Positions 25,738-40,395 of a DNA stretch of 64,000 nucleotides are shown here, piece by piece. Positions within the stretch are counted from its first letter, which is position 1. Each line of letters opens with the position of its first letter. The DNA lies in the NCBI GenBank assembly GCA_010093815.1, contig ML996569.1; one strand, 5' to 3'. Under the pieces are notes generated by a model, which worked only from the letters and a program-made list of their open reading frames with translations, made no database searches and was not told the DNA's origin. Position numbers and translations under genes: made by a program. The stretch is from Pseudovirgaria hyperparasitica. Lineage: Eukaryota.

Positions 25738-28700
25738 CTATGACGCATTCTCGTGTCTCTTCAAGCGGTCCACACTGCCTTCACCCACCACACCAGAGCT
25801 CGTCTCTCTTCTCCTTCTAATATGCAGCTTGTGTGGTGGCGCGCTGACTACACCCGTACCACTCTGTGATACAGGTCTTGGGAGACGCTCTGGTGGCGTA
25901 ACGTTCTCGTCGTCACGGGTTTTGCTACTGCCTGAGAACGCAAGTGAGAATCGGCCTGATCGTTTTGGCGGCGCAGAAATGCGAGATCCTTCCCGGGCGC
26001 CCGGACCACGTGGCGTGTTGGATGATGATGATGCGGTGCTGCTTAATGACGTAGACGACAGGTTCGATATGACGCTGTTAACGCTACCAGCGGAGTTGTC
26101 GCGACTACCAGAGCGATAGGTAGGCGTCGACGAATTTGAAGGTTTGCGGGGCTCGGGAGCCGGAGGGGTCGAGTATGAGGCGGATGTCGAGGTAGGGGTT
26201 GCTGACGAGTGATAGGACGTGCTCTCACGACGTGGCAATTTCGATTCAGGCACGGTAGGAGTCGTTTGACTGCGCGTGAGTGGAGGTGGAGTTCCTCCAG
26301 CAGTTCTAGTTGTAGGACTGGGAAGAGCTTGGCTCAAAATGACGGGTCTGCGTGGCACAGGCCGGCTGCGGTAGGTTGATGACTGTGTAGGTGGGGTGAA
26401 GCTTGGAAAACCTTTGCGGCCCATGGAAGTCTGGCGCATTCGCATCGGTGTGGATGATGACCCCGATGAAGATGGTCGCTCGTAAGCCAACTTCAACAAG
26501 CCGTTCGCTAGATTCTGGACTAGCACACTATCATCTGTCTCAATTAAGTCGCGCAGACTATCTTCAATGCCATATCGGCGAATGATGGAGCCTTCAGTGC
26601 TCTCACAGATATAGGTGAGGACACGAAGCAACCCGAGCTTCGTGACAGCACGCTTGGTAGTGCACTTTTGTATGGTTTTCTGGAAGAAGTCCCGCGCAGC
26701 AAAAGTAGATGCGAGAGGAGGGGAAAGGAAGAGAATCTTCTGAAGAGGCTCGAGTAATCCCTCAAAAGCATCAGAATGTATCTCAGGACGGCCGAAGCAT
26801 TCGCTTATGGCAGCGGTGAATGTTCCACCAAGAAGATTCTGCTCTACACGTGCGGTCTCTTCTTGAAGCCTGATTAAGGTTAGTAAAGATCGTAACATGT
26901 CGAAAACAAGGATACTACTGACCAAACATGTATGGCGTCAAGAGCAGGAACCTGCCAATTTGTGTCGGACAACAGGGAGATGTAAAACTGTAGTCCATCT
27001 TGTTCCCACAATTTCGCGCGACACACTTTTCCAGCGTGCGCCATGTCGCACAATATAGGAAGCGCGAATTCCTTGAGCGGCCATTGGGTAACGATAGCCT
27101 CTTTCAACAGGGGTATGATACCGTTGAGTGCTGCTTCTTCCTGCCGACTTCTGTTCAGACGGCAAACGTTGAACACGGTGTTGACCACCTGGTTGGCGAC
27201 CTCGCGGTGGTAAGACTTTGGCTTGCTGACTCGCAACAGATCGGTCAGCGTGTCTATCACGTTTGAACTTTCCAGTGCGTCGTGTGTGGCGTCGAGCATT
27301 GATAAATTCTTGACAAACTTTAGCATGGTGATGAGATTCTCGCCGGACATGTGGCCCAAAGCCCTGAGGACGCCTATACCAGAATCAGCATCTACTGCTC
27401 GAGGTATAGGAAGTTACTTACGATTCATTACAAGTCGGTCACAGACAATCTCTTTGACGTAGCTTTCAGCCTGAGAAAAGATCAAGAAAATGCTGACAAG
27501 ACGCTTGACCATCATTTTCGATACACTGTCTTCATCTGACAGCAAGCGAGTTAGGATTAGTGACAAGGGATGCAAGACGCCTTGCTGCGACAGGATACGA
27601 CAATAGTCGTTTCGAGGAGTAGGTCCATGTTGATTGAAGAAAACGCTCCATACGCCGGTAACACCAATCAGGACGATGTCACGATCAGTGCTGAGATCTT
27701 CCTCCAAAAATGCAACCAAGGTGTCTATACCACCACAAGCAACGAAAAATTGCAATGTAGTGTAAGAGCTCTTGCACATTTGGCGGACAAAGGCGGCTGC
27801 TTCTTGGCGCTCTTCAGTCGAGTATCGCTTATGGCTGTATTCAGTGACAGCGGGTATACCCCCCAAGAATGCAGTACTCTCTAAAGCCTCATTATTATCA
27901 AGAAGAACCAAATTGAGAAGCTTCAGCAACGGAACGGATATGTCTCGAGGGGGAGCAGGTTCCTCCTTCAGTATGTCGAGTATAGGCAGGATGCCGTGGG
28001 ATTTGAGAATGACTCTCTTGAAATCTTTTCGCTCGTCGTCATTAGATTGACCCCATTGTGCAAGCAGCTGATCCGTGATGTTTTTGATAACCTCGAAGGG
28101 CTGATTCGTTTTGAGACGACCAACGAGTTCCTCGGTTTGTTTCTGCATACGAGCTGCCTTGGCATGGGCGACATCATCGGAGAGGTTCGTCGGGGCGACG
28201 CTGTCTTCGACGGCGGCGAAAGGATCTAGTTCATCTTCTTCAGCAAAGGACGCAGACATCTTCGAGTTGAGCGCGAGGGCACTCATCTCGGAGTCGTTGT
28301 CAAAGTCAGAGAAGTCGTCACCTTCGTTCTCGACATATTTCTGAATCTCAGTGATGTCAGACTGTGAGCGCTGGAGAGGAAGATCGGATAGAGAGGTAGC
28401 TGAAGAGTTGCGGGAGGGCAGCGTTTTCAGCTGCGGCTTGCGAGATGTCGGAGTCAGATCAGATGGGTCAAAGAGCTTGGGGGCCAAAGGATTGGTGATG
28501 CGAAACTACACGGTGAAGTCAGCGTCATAGGTCCGAGCAAACTGGGAATGTGATCACACGTACCTGCATTGCCCCTGCCTTGTTATCAAAATCCTCTTCT
28601 TCGCCGACTTCGAGGAGATCCGAGTAATCCTCAACGGTACTGTCTTTTGCAGGCCGCGCTTTACGAGTCTTAGGAACTGGGAGACCACCTCTCCAGATGG

Positions 28701-30396
28701 ATGTGACAGGTTCGGTTACAGACGATTTCCTTCTTGCTTGAGCTCGCGGTACCTTTGCGGTTGGTTGTACTGAGGCATGTGAAGCAGCAGGACTGCCAGT
28801 CTTCACCTTACCTTGGGAAGGTTCCCTCGAAAAAGCTTTGAGGGTGAGATCTGAATCAGGAAAATCATCGAAAGTTATATCCTCAATGGTTGAGTCAAAA
28901 GTCGCGAAAGATTTGAGCCTTGCGCTAGACAATTGGCCGCCAAAATTGTCTTGTGGTTTCATTCTCGGAAGGTGAAGTACCTTTGTCGGAACAGAGACGA
29001 AATCAGAATCCCAATTATCACTAAGGACTTCTGGAGAGCGAAAATCATCTGCAACAGGTCGGGTTTTAGAGATGCTGAGTTGTGGTCTTTGTGTGTTGAT
29101 GTTAGCTGAGATGGACTTCACTGTCGAAGCCGGAACAGGATCCTTGTCAACGGCGCCAAGAGACGAAGAGACAACACGCGTTGAGCGCCGCAACGTGTCT
29201 GTACCGGGCGCTTTCAGGGCCTCGTTCCATTCCTGGACACTCTTCACTGCTTCGTCATATTTGGTGGGTTTTGATGGCACCACTGCATCTGCACGCTTTG
29301 CACTCGAGATCCACGGGTGTCGGAGCAGTCTCTTAGCAGAAATGCGCAAATTTGGGTTCTTCTGAAAGCATTGCATCAAGAAGTCTCGGACAACCTACGG
29401 ATTGTCAGCAAATTTGTTTACTATCCGTTCCTGTTGTTTGACTATACCGGTGACGCCGAAGCCGGAAGCGGTGGGTGTTCGTCGTTCACAATACGAAACA
29501 GCGCTTGCATTGGTTGCAGCTTATGATATGGTGGTCTCCCATCAAGCAATTCGATGACTGTACTACCCAGGCTCCATATATCAGAAGCAGTAGTTGCACC
29601 CGTTAACTCAATGACCTCGGGAGCCATCCAGTACGGAGTACCCACAACGTTCGACTCATCGAGACCGGCAGCCTTGGTGGCGACACCGAAGTCTGCTAGT
29701 TTCACAAGCCCTTCTTTTGTAGTCAGGATGTTTGCACCTTTGATATCACGATGAATGACACCCTGGTCGTGAAGGTACATGAGGCCGTGTAGCACCTGAG
29801 ACATGTACAGAGCGACCAGATTTTCTGGAAACTTCCCAAAGTTCTTGCAAATTGTGTGGAGTGAACCGTTTTCGCAATATCTATACTGTTTCAGCATCAA
29901 GGTACAGTCAACCAAAGGCAAGTTACCCACTCTAGAATGATGTACAATGAGTCAGTGGCCTTGACAAAACCGTTGTACTTCACGATATTAGGATGCTACA
30001 TCGTGAATCAGCATGGTTCCTCTCATTTCAATTTGCGGCACTTGCATTGAGGTTTTTCAGCAGATCGATTTCCAGCATTATAACTTTGAGCTCGCTTTTA
30101 GGCAGGTCCGCGAGTCTGACTTGCTTTATTGCGACTGTTTCGCCAGTGCCCCAATTGAGTGCCCGGTATACACTTCCGAAAGCACCTTTACCCAGACAAT
30201 CGCCCAGCTGGTAGTCTTTCAGGCCCTCTACATCTTGAGCTGCTTTCTGTGCACTTCCGTCTCGGCTGGCGAGAGGACCTTTTTCTCGAACAGCTCTCAC
30301 TGCCGATCCAGCTCGTTGCTCGCCGCCATCATTGTTCGATGCTACTTGGCTTGCCAATGCCGACCCATTCACCGTGAATCTCTCAGAAACTGCCAT
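25738..30396 (-). CDS. sepH: Septation initiation network kinase SepH (S. pombe Cdc7 / S. cerevisiae Cdc15 family), multi-exon
   Basis: N-terminal kinase domain ([52 protein letters not shown]), followed by helical/ARM-like repeats ([32 protein letters not shown]) and a Ser/Thr-rich tail. The ORF pieces are separated by canonical introns. Confidence 0.93.
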
Positions 30397-31467
30397 GGCA
30401 GCACTCTCACTACGAAAACCTCCTCTTCACCCAATGCGGGAATCTGTGAGACCGCCAGTCCGTAGATCAGTGTGTAGGGCAGTGTGGGCGCGTGTGCTCC
30501 GTCTGTGTCGACCAAAGGCGGGGGTATAACTTCAAAAGTATAGTGTATTATGGAAGATCGATGCATATCACGCCGATGCTGGTGACCGTAATCGTACGTT
30601 GGGGTTATCGCGAGTTAGAGCGGGCAAAGTGAGGCGATGCTTGGAGATGTGGGGTGGCCGGTGCGCTACGTGAGCTTTGAAAATCTAGTGCGAGGAAAAG
30701 TAAACGATATTGTTCTCATCCAAGGAGATCTATCGTTGTGAATGCAGTAGTTTGCGAATCGATGACCGTGCCTTGCAACCGCATGAGACTCTGGCCTCTT
30801 CTGCGAACTTTCTCGCCAGGGCTTTTGTATCTCTCCGGTGAATACAATCATAAGATTGTATGGCGGAGTAGAGCGTGGACCCCTTTGTGGGTGATATCCT
30901 TCCACTGTCGTCTTGACCGGATAGGATAATGTCAGTGAGTTGTCGCCCAGTCAATAAGCAAGACGCTGCCCGTATGCGCAATATTAGAAGCGAGCTGATG
31001 ACCCAACACTCAAACCTATGATGTTCCCGTGGGCGTATTATAATATTTCCGGTTCCTCGCAGTGATTTGGACGGCAAAAATGCCGTTGATGCCTCCTAAA
31101 TCTTGATTGTCAGGAGCCCTCGATGCTAAAGTTGGGCAGCGTCGGGCGGCGTAATATCGGCTCGGCAACGCCCATAATGCACAACCCTAGCAACATGAGT
31201 ATTAATACTTCTGGATTACGTTCGGACCTAAAACTAAATTTAGACTAATTACTCTACTCTTGGTGTGCTGTGAGCATACTGAGTGCTGATATAATAGGTT
31301 AGTCTCTCAGAGACGCGGATTTCGTCCCACTGTTTATGCGTTGCGTGCTGACATAACATTCTTCCTCTTTTGGAAATGGTGCATGGGTTTCTTTCCCAGG
31401 GACGCGTTTCGGCCTTTATCTATTGGTATCTCAACATGTGAGTCTATAAGATATTTCTACACTAGCG

Positions 31468-32560
31468 CTACCGACCTCCTACGACATTCAAGACCCCACC
31501 GTCTACCGTGAGGATCTCGCCATTTACATACGCATTTTTCGCCAAAAATATCTGCAAGGGTCAGCAACGCGACTCGGTAGGAGCGTACAGCATGGGAATT
31601 AAGCTTACCACAGCCATAGCCATCTCTTCATCAGTGCCAGATCTGTCCGCTGGAACATGGCCCTTGTCTTGTACATGATCGTCAGGCATATCAACCTTGT
31701 TCCGCTCGTCGCTCTCCTTCATGGTCATCTCACTCGGGAAGTATCCAGGCGCGATGCTGTTGACCCGTATACGGGCCTTCTGGAACTCCGCGCTCATCAG
31801 CTTGGTCAATTGTACTGTCCCTCCTTTTGCAGCGTTGTACGAGAAATGGCCTTGCGCATGCCGCATGATACCGCTCATGCTCGATATCACGATGACGGAT
31901 GCAGACAGGTGGCCGTGTGAATCAGAGCCAGCTTGTAAGAGTGGGAGAAAAGCGACAGTGGTGAAATAGACAGCAGTAACATCTGTGGAATATACACTGT
32001 TCCAGGTCTCGAAAGATTCGTTGTTCCAAAGCTTTGCTTTGAGGTCTGATGCGACGTCGGTATCTGGTTGAGCTTTATCGCCAGATATACCCGATGCGCA
32101 CACTATCAGATATGTCAGCACCAATGCCCATGTGCACTGTCACTCAGTATCCAACGTACCGAGCAGATTAATATACTTCTCCTTGCGCGAGATCTCCTCG
32201 TAAAGCTTCTCGAGATCTTCTTTCTTGGTCACATCACATGGTCCAGCGCTGTCGACAATCAGCAGAAACTACCAGATGTCAAAGTCTGACAGACGATATG
32301 ATTTTGCCGCCTTGTGCGGGCTGATGCTCCTTGACTGAATTTTCCAGCACCTCGGAGCCTGTGGCAAGATCAGGGCTCACGTTTCAACACTTCCAGAGGT
32401 ATTCGAACTCACGGCGACCAGTAATGTAGACTCTAGCTCCATTGGCAGCCATGACTTGAGCAGCCATCAGCCCAATGCCAGTACCACCTCCAGCAATGAC
32501 GGCGACATAGTCCTTGATATTGAAGAGCTGGCTAACATGTAGACTCGATGTAGATGCCAT
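31468..32560 (-). CDS. Short-chain dehydrogenase/reductase, multi-exon
   Basis: VAVIAGGGTGIGLM cofactor motif, ISSMSG, catalytic YNAAK, RVNSIAPGYFPSEMT, and C-terminal YVNGEILTVDGG. Confidence 0.92.
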
Positions 32561-33892
32561 GCCAATTTGATGGATCGTTTGTAAAGTAGACAACGAAAGA
32601 ACTCGGGTTAGTCAAGAAGACTTCACGAACGTTTAAGGTATAGGATATCGTGTGATGGTCTTCGAAAATTCTCTGTGACTTATGTTGGTAATCACCTAGT
32701 GCGCAAGAGCTACCTGGGTATGACGTCTTGTACTGTATAAGGTATCACTTTAGGTAAGTTATGTTATGTTAAATTCTGTTAATTTATGTTATGTACCTAG
32801 TACGTACGGTACGAAGCAGATCGCCGCCCCGCCCCCGCTCCGTCCCATCGCAGGACGTGTCTCATTCTCCCATGACTGCTACATCGCACACTCGGATGGA
32901 CAACATCATTGAGATGTTTCAGACGTGCTACACCATCGCATTGTTACTTATGGTAGTGCTTGGACATAGCGGCAAGACGAAGAATCCATCGGGGCTACGC
33001 TATGCCTTGACTTGATCGCATCCGCCAACACCATATAATGTCATGCGACCAATTGTCAGTCTCAAACAATTCTGAGGCTACCAAAGATACATTCATCTTG
33101 CAATATTTGGCCTCTGAGTATCATTGGCACGTACAAACTTGGCCTACCGTTGATAAAGGTACTAAGACGAGAGTCTTTAAGCCGTTCACGGGTATTCAAG
33201 TCCGTACAAGCTCTTATTCTTGTAACATAAAAACTTCGATACGACGATGAGAATCCGACATGTCCATCCCTGTCGCGTGAGCTTTGAGGGGTACCGAGAC
33301 ATGGGCTTTGGAATGAAGCACAAAGGCTTGATAGATGTGCCAAATCATGGTGTCGCAAAGTTGACCATAGCGACAAGACCTACTGAGTATTGTCAGGCAA
33401 TTTGCACCACATGGATATACTCGGTTAGGAGACCGTCACTGATCCTCTGCACACAGATTCTTGCAGCCAAGTCTCAAGCCGTGCGCCACAACCGTCATCG
33501 TTTTCGAATGCCTCCATATAAGCAGCCAAGTCGGCTCAATTCAGTCCGCCTTGCGACGCCATTGCAGGCGCTTCGCTGTATCAGGCGTAAATTGTTGGAC
33601 CTAAGGCACAAAAACCGTTGGAGCTAGTGTCGTATAATTCATCCGTTGTTCTTAGCCCCCAGCTACGTTGCATCATTCTCAGAGGTCACTTGGTCATATT
33701 AAGACATTCAAGAAGACGGGCAAGACCCATTGCAATTGACCACTGTCGGAGTGAAAGACGCACTATTCAGCATTTACATCAAGGGTTGAACATCGGTTGA
33801 GATTTGGTTCTCTGCTCCTACACAAAGCCGGCACATTGTTCTATAGCTACAATAATCGCTGCCACTATCACATCGAAGGAGCTGAGTTCGCC

Positions 33893-34770
33893 ATGTCTCC
33901 CATGCGCCTGGAATTCATCGTCCCGGTTGCCTGTATCGTTATGATGGGCCTTCTTGGTGTCGTACAACTCGGATTGAACGCAGATGTGCTAGCATGGAGC
34001 GACCGGAACGAGGACGATAGATATTTGCGAGTGAAAGTCCGCACCTCTCGAAACGGATGGTACTCCTCGGTAGTCATTGCGTTTCGCGCCATACCAGACT
34101 CGTACAGTGGAACTAGCAGTGGCTTGATATTTTGGAGCTCGATCGGGGCCATCGTCGACACAGTCCTCCTTTTGGTTCTAACTCTGAGAAAGAGGTCGTT
34201 TATCGTTGAGCGGTCAGATAGTGATAAAAATGTAAGCAGCGATATCGAGAAGGCATGAATTCATAGAGTTAACAGCCTCAGGTCTCACACCGCTCTCTAC
34301 CCATTAAACCGATCGTGTACACTATACTGACAGTAGTCTTCCTCCGCCCACTTATTGTCCTTCTGTATATCTTCATCTATCACTACACTCAGGCTACTCG
34401 TACACTGGCGTACCTCGATCTATACAACCTATCAAACACTCACTATCCCGCCTCTGAGGGGACATTCACGCCAGAAACATGGTTCTGTGGTATCCGGTCA
34501 CATGTTGCCACTGTGTACCCCTACGGACACCATGAGAGGAATGAGTTAAGCAGACTCTGCAATGAGGCGAGGACGACTCGTTGGATCTTGCTTCCAATGC
34601 TGGTCGTCAGTATGCTGGTGGTTTTTGGTGTGCTATGGATGCAAAGATCGGCAAGTGCCAGGGCAGCCAGAAATGATGGAGAAGCGGTGGATGTGCACAG
34701 AGATAGGAGGACAAGTGACGCGGACACAATGAAGGAGCGTTCAGAGGACCTTGAGCATGGAACTGAATAA
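33893..34770 (+). CDS. Hypothetical multi-pass membrane protein, two exons
   Basis: Four hydrophobic segments across ORFs 33797-34258 and 34315-34770. GTAAGC donor near 34232, with a TPETWFC...LCNEARTTRW segment before the last TM helix. Confidence 0.65.
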
Positions 34771-35820
34771 GCATTGTTGTGATGTTAGTGAGCGTTTTTC
34801 CATGATGGACAGCTTGTCTAACGCTAAGCGACCATCCTGTCCATCTTCATTCTTGAAATGATTTCAGGAGTTCGACAAGTTGAAACCCGACATTACGAAC
34901 CGGCGGCTGTAGCTGTTATGATCTCTTCGAATATGGTGGTCACTAGAAAGTTTTTCATAACTCAGCGCATAAATACTTCAGCACAGTTCTAACATATCAT
35001 GTATGTAGAGAGATAAAATCATACTCATTCAAGTTCCCTAAAAGCGCGCCCCGAATAATGAGCAGATCTCTTGTTGAGAGTGTTAACGCAACGGAAAAGC
35101 TTCGTCTCAATATGTGCGGCCCTCATATGGACACATCCGCACGAGGTCGATTCTATCTTTACTATCTGGGCAAATGATCTTGACTTTCTGTTTGACTCTT
35201 GAGAGTGTGAACCCACCGGAAGCTGTGAACCCACACTGCACAGCCATTGCATTTGCCCCACTCTGGGACAAAGACGATGAGCTCGACCCAATCCAATGAC
35301 ACGCTGACTCTAGCATCGTCAAGACTTCTCGGTGGATGTAACGGTATGACGACGGCCTATGTCAGTTATTCAGATCGGGACAGTTACAAGTCCTAATGTG
35401 TCCTCGGAAAAATGCAATTTATCCTAAGTTTTCCTTAGAACTCTATGTATAGGTCAGCGCTTGGACAACCCGGAATGTTGCGGATCAGCCGAACAACTAT
35501 GAATGTTCTCAGGAGGTGTGCAATTTACCCCACGGGGTAATGTTAGCTTCAGTCTCACGTTTTGATAATATGGGCGGATCTGATCACATCATCGGTGAGA
35601 GGCTCTTCTAAGGTCGCCAAGGCATCTCGGCACTCTGGTATATACTCCTCGGCCGACGTAGCTGATCCGTCGATGGTTCGAACTTCGAACTAGTTAGTTG
35701 TGGATACGCCGATCTTGTAACAAGAAAGTTCCTCATAAGTACGACTGTCCTATGCTAACTCTCATTCTGAACACCATTCTGCCCCTATTCTCAGGCTTTG
35801 GCCCTAACACCTGCACCAAG

Positions 35821-37588
35821 ATGTATCAAATCAGCAATATCTACGTTCTTGCTGCCTTTGGCACTATCGGCGGTGCGTTATTCGGCTTCGATGTTAGCTC
35901 GATGAGTGCATGGCTCGCAGCTCCCCAATATCTGGAGTACTTCAATTACCCAAACTCGAATGTCCAAGGAGGCATCACAGCTTCCATGAGCGGAGGCTCT
36001 TTCCTCGGTGCTCTAGCTGCTGGGTTCCTGGCAGATAAATGGGGACGGAAGGTTGCTCTCCAGATTGCCTGCGTGATCTTTATGGTCGGATGCGTAATCG
36101 TCTGTGCTTCACAGAACGTTGGTATGCTTATTGCCGGCAGGTAAGTCGATTGGACGCTAGTGGCTTTGGCGACGACTGACAAGTGTTACTTGTCAGAATC
36201 ATCAATGGTTTGTCTATTGGAATATGCTCATCACAAGTTTGTGTCTATCTCGCCGAGCTCTCACCTGCCAAGATCCGTGGTCGTGTCGTTGGGATCCAGC
36301 AATGGGCGATCGAATGGGGCATCTTGATCATGTACTTATTATGCTATGGTACCCAGCGCACCGTTGAAGGCCCAGCTGCGTTTCGTATTGCATGGGGAGT
36401 CCAGGCCATACCAGCATTCATCCTATTAGGTGCTCTATTCTTCTTTCCAGAGTCACCTCGTTGGTTGGCAGGCAGAGAGCGCTGGGAAGAGGTTCATACT
36501 ACACTGGCAAACTTACATGGAAATGGAGATCCTAGCGATACCATTGTCCTTGCTGAACTGGAGGAAGTCCGCAAAGCTCAAGCTGTTGCCGCGCAGGCTC
36601 AAGGGGTTGGCTTCATGCAACTCTTTGGACCGAAGATCTGGAAACGAACGCTTGCTGGTACTTCGGTGCAGATGTGGCAGCAGTTGCTTGGTGGGAACGT
36701 CGCGATGTACTACGTGGTCTACATCTTCCAGATGTCTGGCATGTCTGGCAATACTTCACTGTGAGCGCGTCCCAGCTGCCATGTTTGACCGTTGCTAATA
36801 GCAAAATCTTGACAGAACATCGTCCATCATTCAATACGTCATATTCCTTGTCACCACTGGCTGTATGCTACCCGTCATTGACAGGTTTGGACGCAGACAA
36901 CTACTTCTCGGCGGAGCTTTTGTCTGCATGATCTTGCACTACACTACTGCCGCTGTAATGGCGACTTACGGCGTACCCGTCGATCAAGTTGATGGAAACT
37001 CCAATCTCCGTATTCTGATAACCGGTGCTCCTGGAAAGGCTGTAATATCCCTGAGCTACATCTTCACTGGCATCTATGGTCTAACATGGGCCCCGATCGG
37101 TTGGATCTACGCCAGTGAAGTTTTCCCACTGAAGTATCGAGCAAAGGGCGTCGGTCTCAGTGCTGCCACAAATTGGGTAACGCTCAACAAAAATCCCGTT
37201 AAAGCCTTGAGTAACCTAATTACTGATCCTGCTTCAGATCTTCAACTTCGCCCTAGCATACTTCCTCCCACCAGCCTTCACTAATATTACATGGAAGACG
37301 TACATTGTCTTCGGCACTTTCTGTACAGCGATGATCTTCCACATTTTCTTCACCTGTAAGCTCAATCCAATATCACCCTTCTATCCTGAATTATTACTAA
37401 GCCATCCACTTGCAGACCCTGAGACTGCTCGCAAGTCACTCGAGGAAATCGATATCCTGTTCGACAGCAACATCCCGCCATGGAAATCTGCCAAAGCACA
37501 AGCAAGTGTCTTGGACGAGCGTGCGTTCCAGGTTGAACACAAGAATGAATCCATAGACGAGAAAATTGAGACGGTTGATATTGTGTAG
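35821..37588 (+). CDS. MFS sugar porter, high-affinity hexose transporter (Hgt1-like), multi-exon
   Basis: FGTIGGALFGFD, ADKWGRK, YLAELSPAKIRG, PESPRWL, QQLLGGNVAMYY, DRFGRR, SEVFPLKYRAKG and PETARKSLEEID motifs. Confidence 0.95.
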
Positions 37589-38813
37589 AGTGATGTTTGA
37601 GAACCGATACCTACCAATTGATTTGTTAATTTGCCGACGTCTCGTACTCTACCCCAATCGACTTTGTAATCTGTGTCCTGTAATTGCATTTCTGAGTAAG
37701 CCTCGTAATATTCCACAATCAAAGTACGTACTCAACAGTAGTATTCAGTCAGTGTCAGCGGAAATGACGCTCCTCGCTTTTACTATCCGTCGTACATTAG
37801 TTTATGTAGTCTGTATCAGAGTGTTGACCGGTCTCATTCTATAATATATAAGGAATCTTTCCATAACGAAGACGATCGTATCAAAAACCAAGAAATGGTA
37901 CTTTCGGCCTCCAGCAGAGATGGGCATATACAATCCGAAATTCCGAATCCATGTAAGCTCAATCTAGGCCAGAAGTTTAATAGAGAATACAAACTCTATC
38001 TACGCTTTAAAATGATTGCTAAGACGGTATAATTAGTCTTAGACTAATTAGTTAGACTACGTATATTAGATTCATGCAAGTAGAGTATGGCCTTATGTTG
38101 GGCTAGATATAGGTACTCTAGATCCTCAGGCTAAAGTTTCTGCCTAAGGCTAAAAGTTTATCCGTAAATTATGGTCTTGATAGGTATGATAATACTAATG
38201 ATGGTTACGTCATGGTTAAGCAGGGCTGTAAATTAACTCTTGTGAGGATTTCTAGAGGGCAGAGATGAGTATATATAATGAGATACAATCCAATGGCCTA
38301 CCTAGGTTAGGATTACTCATAGTAGACAAGCCAGGTCCCAACTAATTCTTGAAATCAATACATATGAGAGACGAATGAGAATCCAGAAACGTACGAAATA
38401 AGATCAGTAGTAATTAGTATAACTTTTCTTCCTATATATACCACCCGAAGAAATTTCAATCGGAGCCGACTCCAACCCCAACCCTGCCAATCACGTTTAA
38501 TCACGCACCATTCGGCCAGAAAATGCGGCTTGCAGCACATCACACAGGTCCTAGCGCCAACATCCTTACAATCGGCCCGTCCCACATAAAGCACACATGC
38601 ACAGCCTTACGGTAGTTGGATGGGTAATACGAAAGGCCTCGCATCCCTGCTGCAGGACCGATCACAAATGGATTATTAGCGCATGCAAGGTATTTGGAAG
38701 GTTTTAACGTCTCGACACACCCGCTTCCTCAGCCCTACCAGCGAGTTCCCTACTGAAAAACTTTTGACATCGTCTATATATCTATATCACTGTATTACTG
38801 CCAGCGCGAGAAC

Positions 38814-40265
38814 ATGGACTCGGGAGCTGATCCTCAACTCGACGCTCTTCTGACGTCGGTGGAAAAGTTGAATAGCTATCAGTATAAGCGACCGGGGGAT
38901 AAAAGACGTGCAGAAGGTGTACTGAGACGAGTTGCGTACGACTTGCAGACACCATTTGATATGCAGATGGAGATATGGGGTTCGGTAAGGCTGTGGCATA
39001 TTCTACGCAATTCCGCAATGATGTATTTCGCTCTGTTACGTGCATGTCGTGATCAGCCGGTATATGCTGTTATTATGGACTCGTACTGACACTACGCGCT
39101 TAGATAATGCGCGACGCAGCTTTGAAGACATGCCTAGACGTCGGTGTGTTTGCGCATATGGCCTCTGGCAAAGATACATGGACGCTGGATGAGTTGACGA
39201 CTGCATGTGGGAACATATCCAAGGAGCTTCTCTGTATGCTCCCCGTTCAGTGAATTCATCCTTCATCTCTCTCTCGCTCCCCAAATTTCTCGCATTCACT
39301 CACATCTATTCTGCTAGCAATGCTGCTAAAACATCTTGCCGCCTACCACCTCATCCACGAGAGATTTGCCAACACCTACGCCCTCACGCCCTACTCGCGC
39401 CTCCTCGGCGGCCCGGACCTCGGTGGCGCTATCACCACGCTGTTCGAGGCCTGGATCCCGACCTTTGTGCACGCGCCCATACTCTTCGAAAAACTGGGTT
39501 ATGTGCGCCCAACGACTTCGAACCAGACGATGCTGGCCGATGCAACCGGCACGACAGGCCATATCTTCGACTATGCGAAGACGAATGGTGCGTTGGCGGA
39601 CGGATTTGATCGTGCTATGAGGGCATTTGCGGGGTTGATGGGCGACTGGGTGGACGTGGTGCCTATTGAGGAGATGCTTTCGTCATCTTTGTCATGCATG
39701 GATGGGAGGGTTCTGGTTGTTGATGTTGGAGGTGGATACGTGCGTATCCCTCTCGTACGCATTACAGATTAGCTCAGACCAGGTGTACTGATGTCAACAG
39801 GGTCATGACCTGCACAAACTCGTCCACAAACTCCCACTCACGAGGGATCGAGTTGTGCTGCAGGAGCAGGACTATGTGATCGAGAAAGCACTTCCGCATC
39901 TGGATGGCGTTAAAGGCATGGTACACGATTTCTTCTCGACGAATCCCGTGCAAGGAGCGCGTGTGTACTTCTTGCATCATGTTTTGCATGATTGGCCAGA
40001 TTATGACTGTCGACGCATACTGCGTGGTATCACAAGTGTAATGGCAGCAGATAGCAGGATCTTGGTTGTTGATTTAGTTTTACCACCGCAAGGCGCGACG
40101 AAGCATGAGACTACGTATGATCTCATTATGATGAGTGCCCTAGGCGGTAAGGAGAGGAATGAGGGAGAATGGGATGTACTCATGGCAAGTGTGGGCTTGA
40201 AGGTCGTCAAAATCTGGAGGAGCGATGAGGCGATGGATGCGATTCTGGAGATTGTCTTGGTGTGA
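38814..40265 (+). CDS. SAM-dependent O-methyltransferase (Methyltransf_2 / COMT-like), multi-exon
   Basis: VVDVGGGY/GHDL across intron 39740-39800, LQEQ, HDFF..NPVQGARVYFLHHVLHDWPD and GGKER..EW. Confidence 0.92.
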
Positions 40266-40395
40266 TAGGAGTCAAGTGATAGGCATATAGAGCCAAAGAA
40301 ACAGCTCAGTGTCTCACAATAGATATCGCTTCGTAAACCCGTAATCTAGGACGTGATGCAACCTTACAGTTTCAGGCTATGAGTTGCAATAGATT

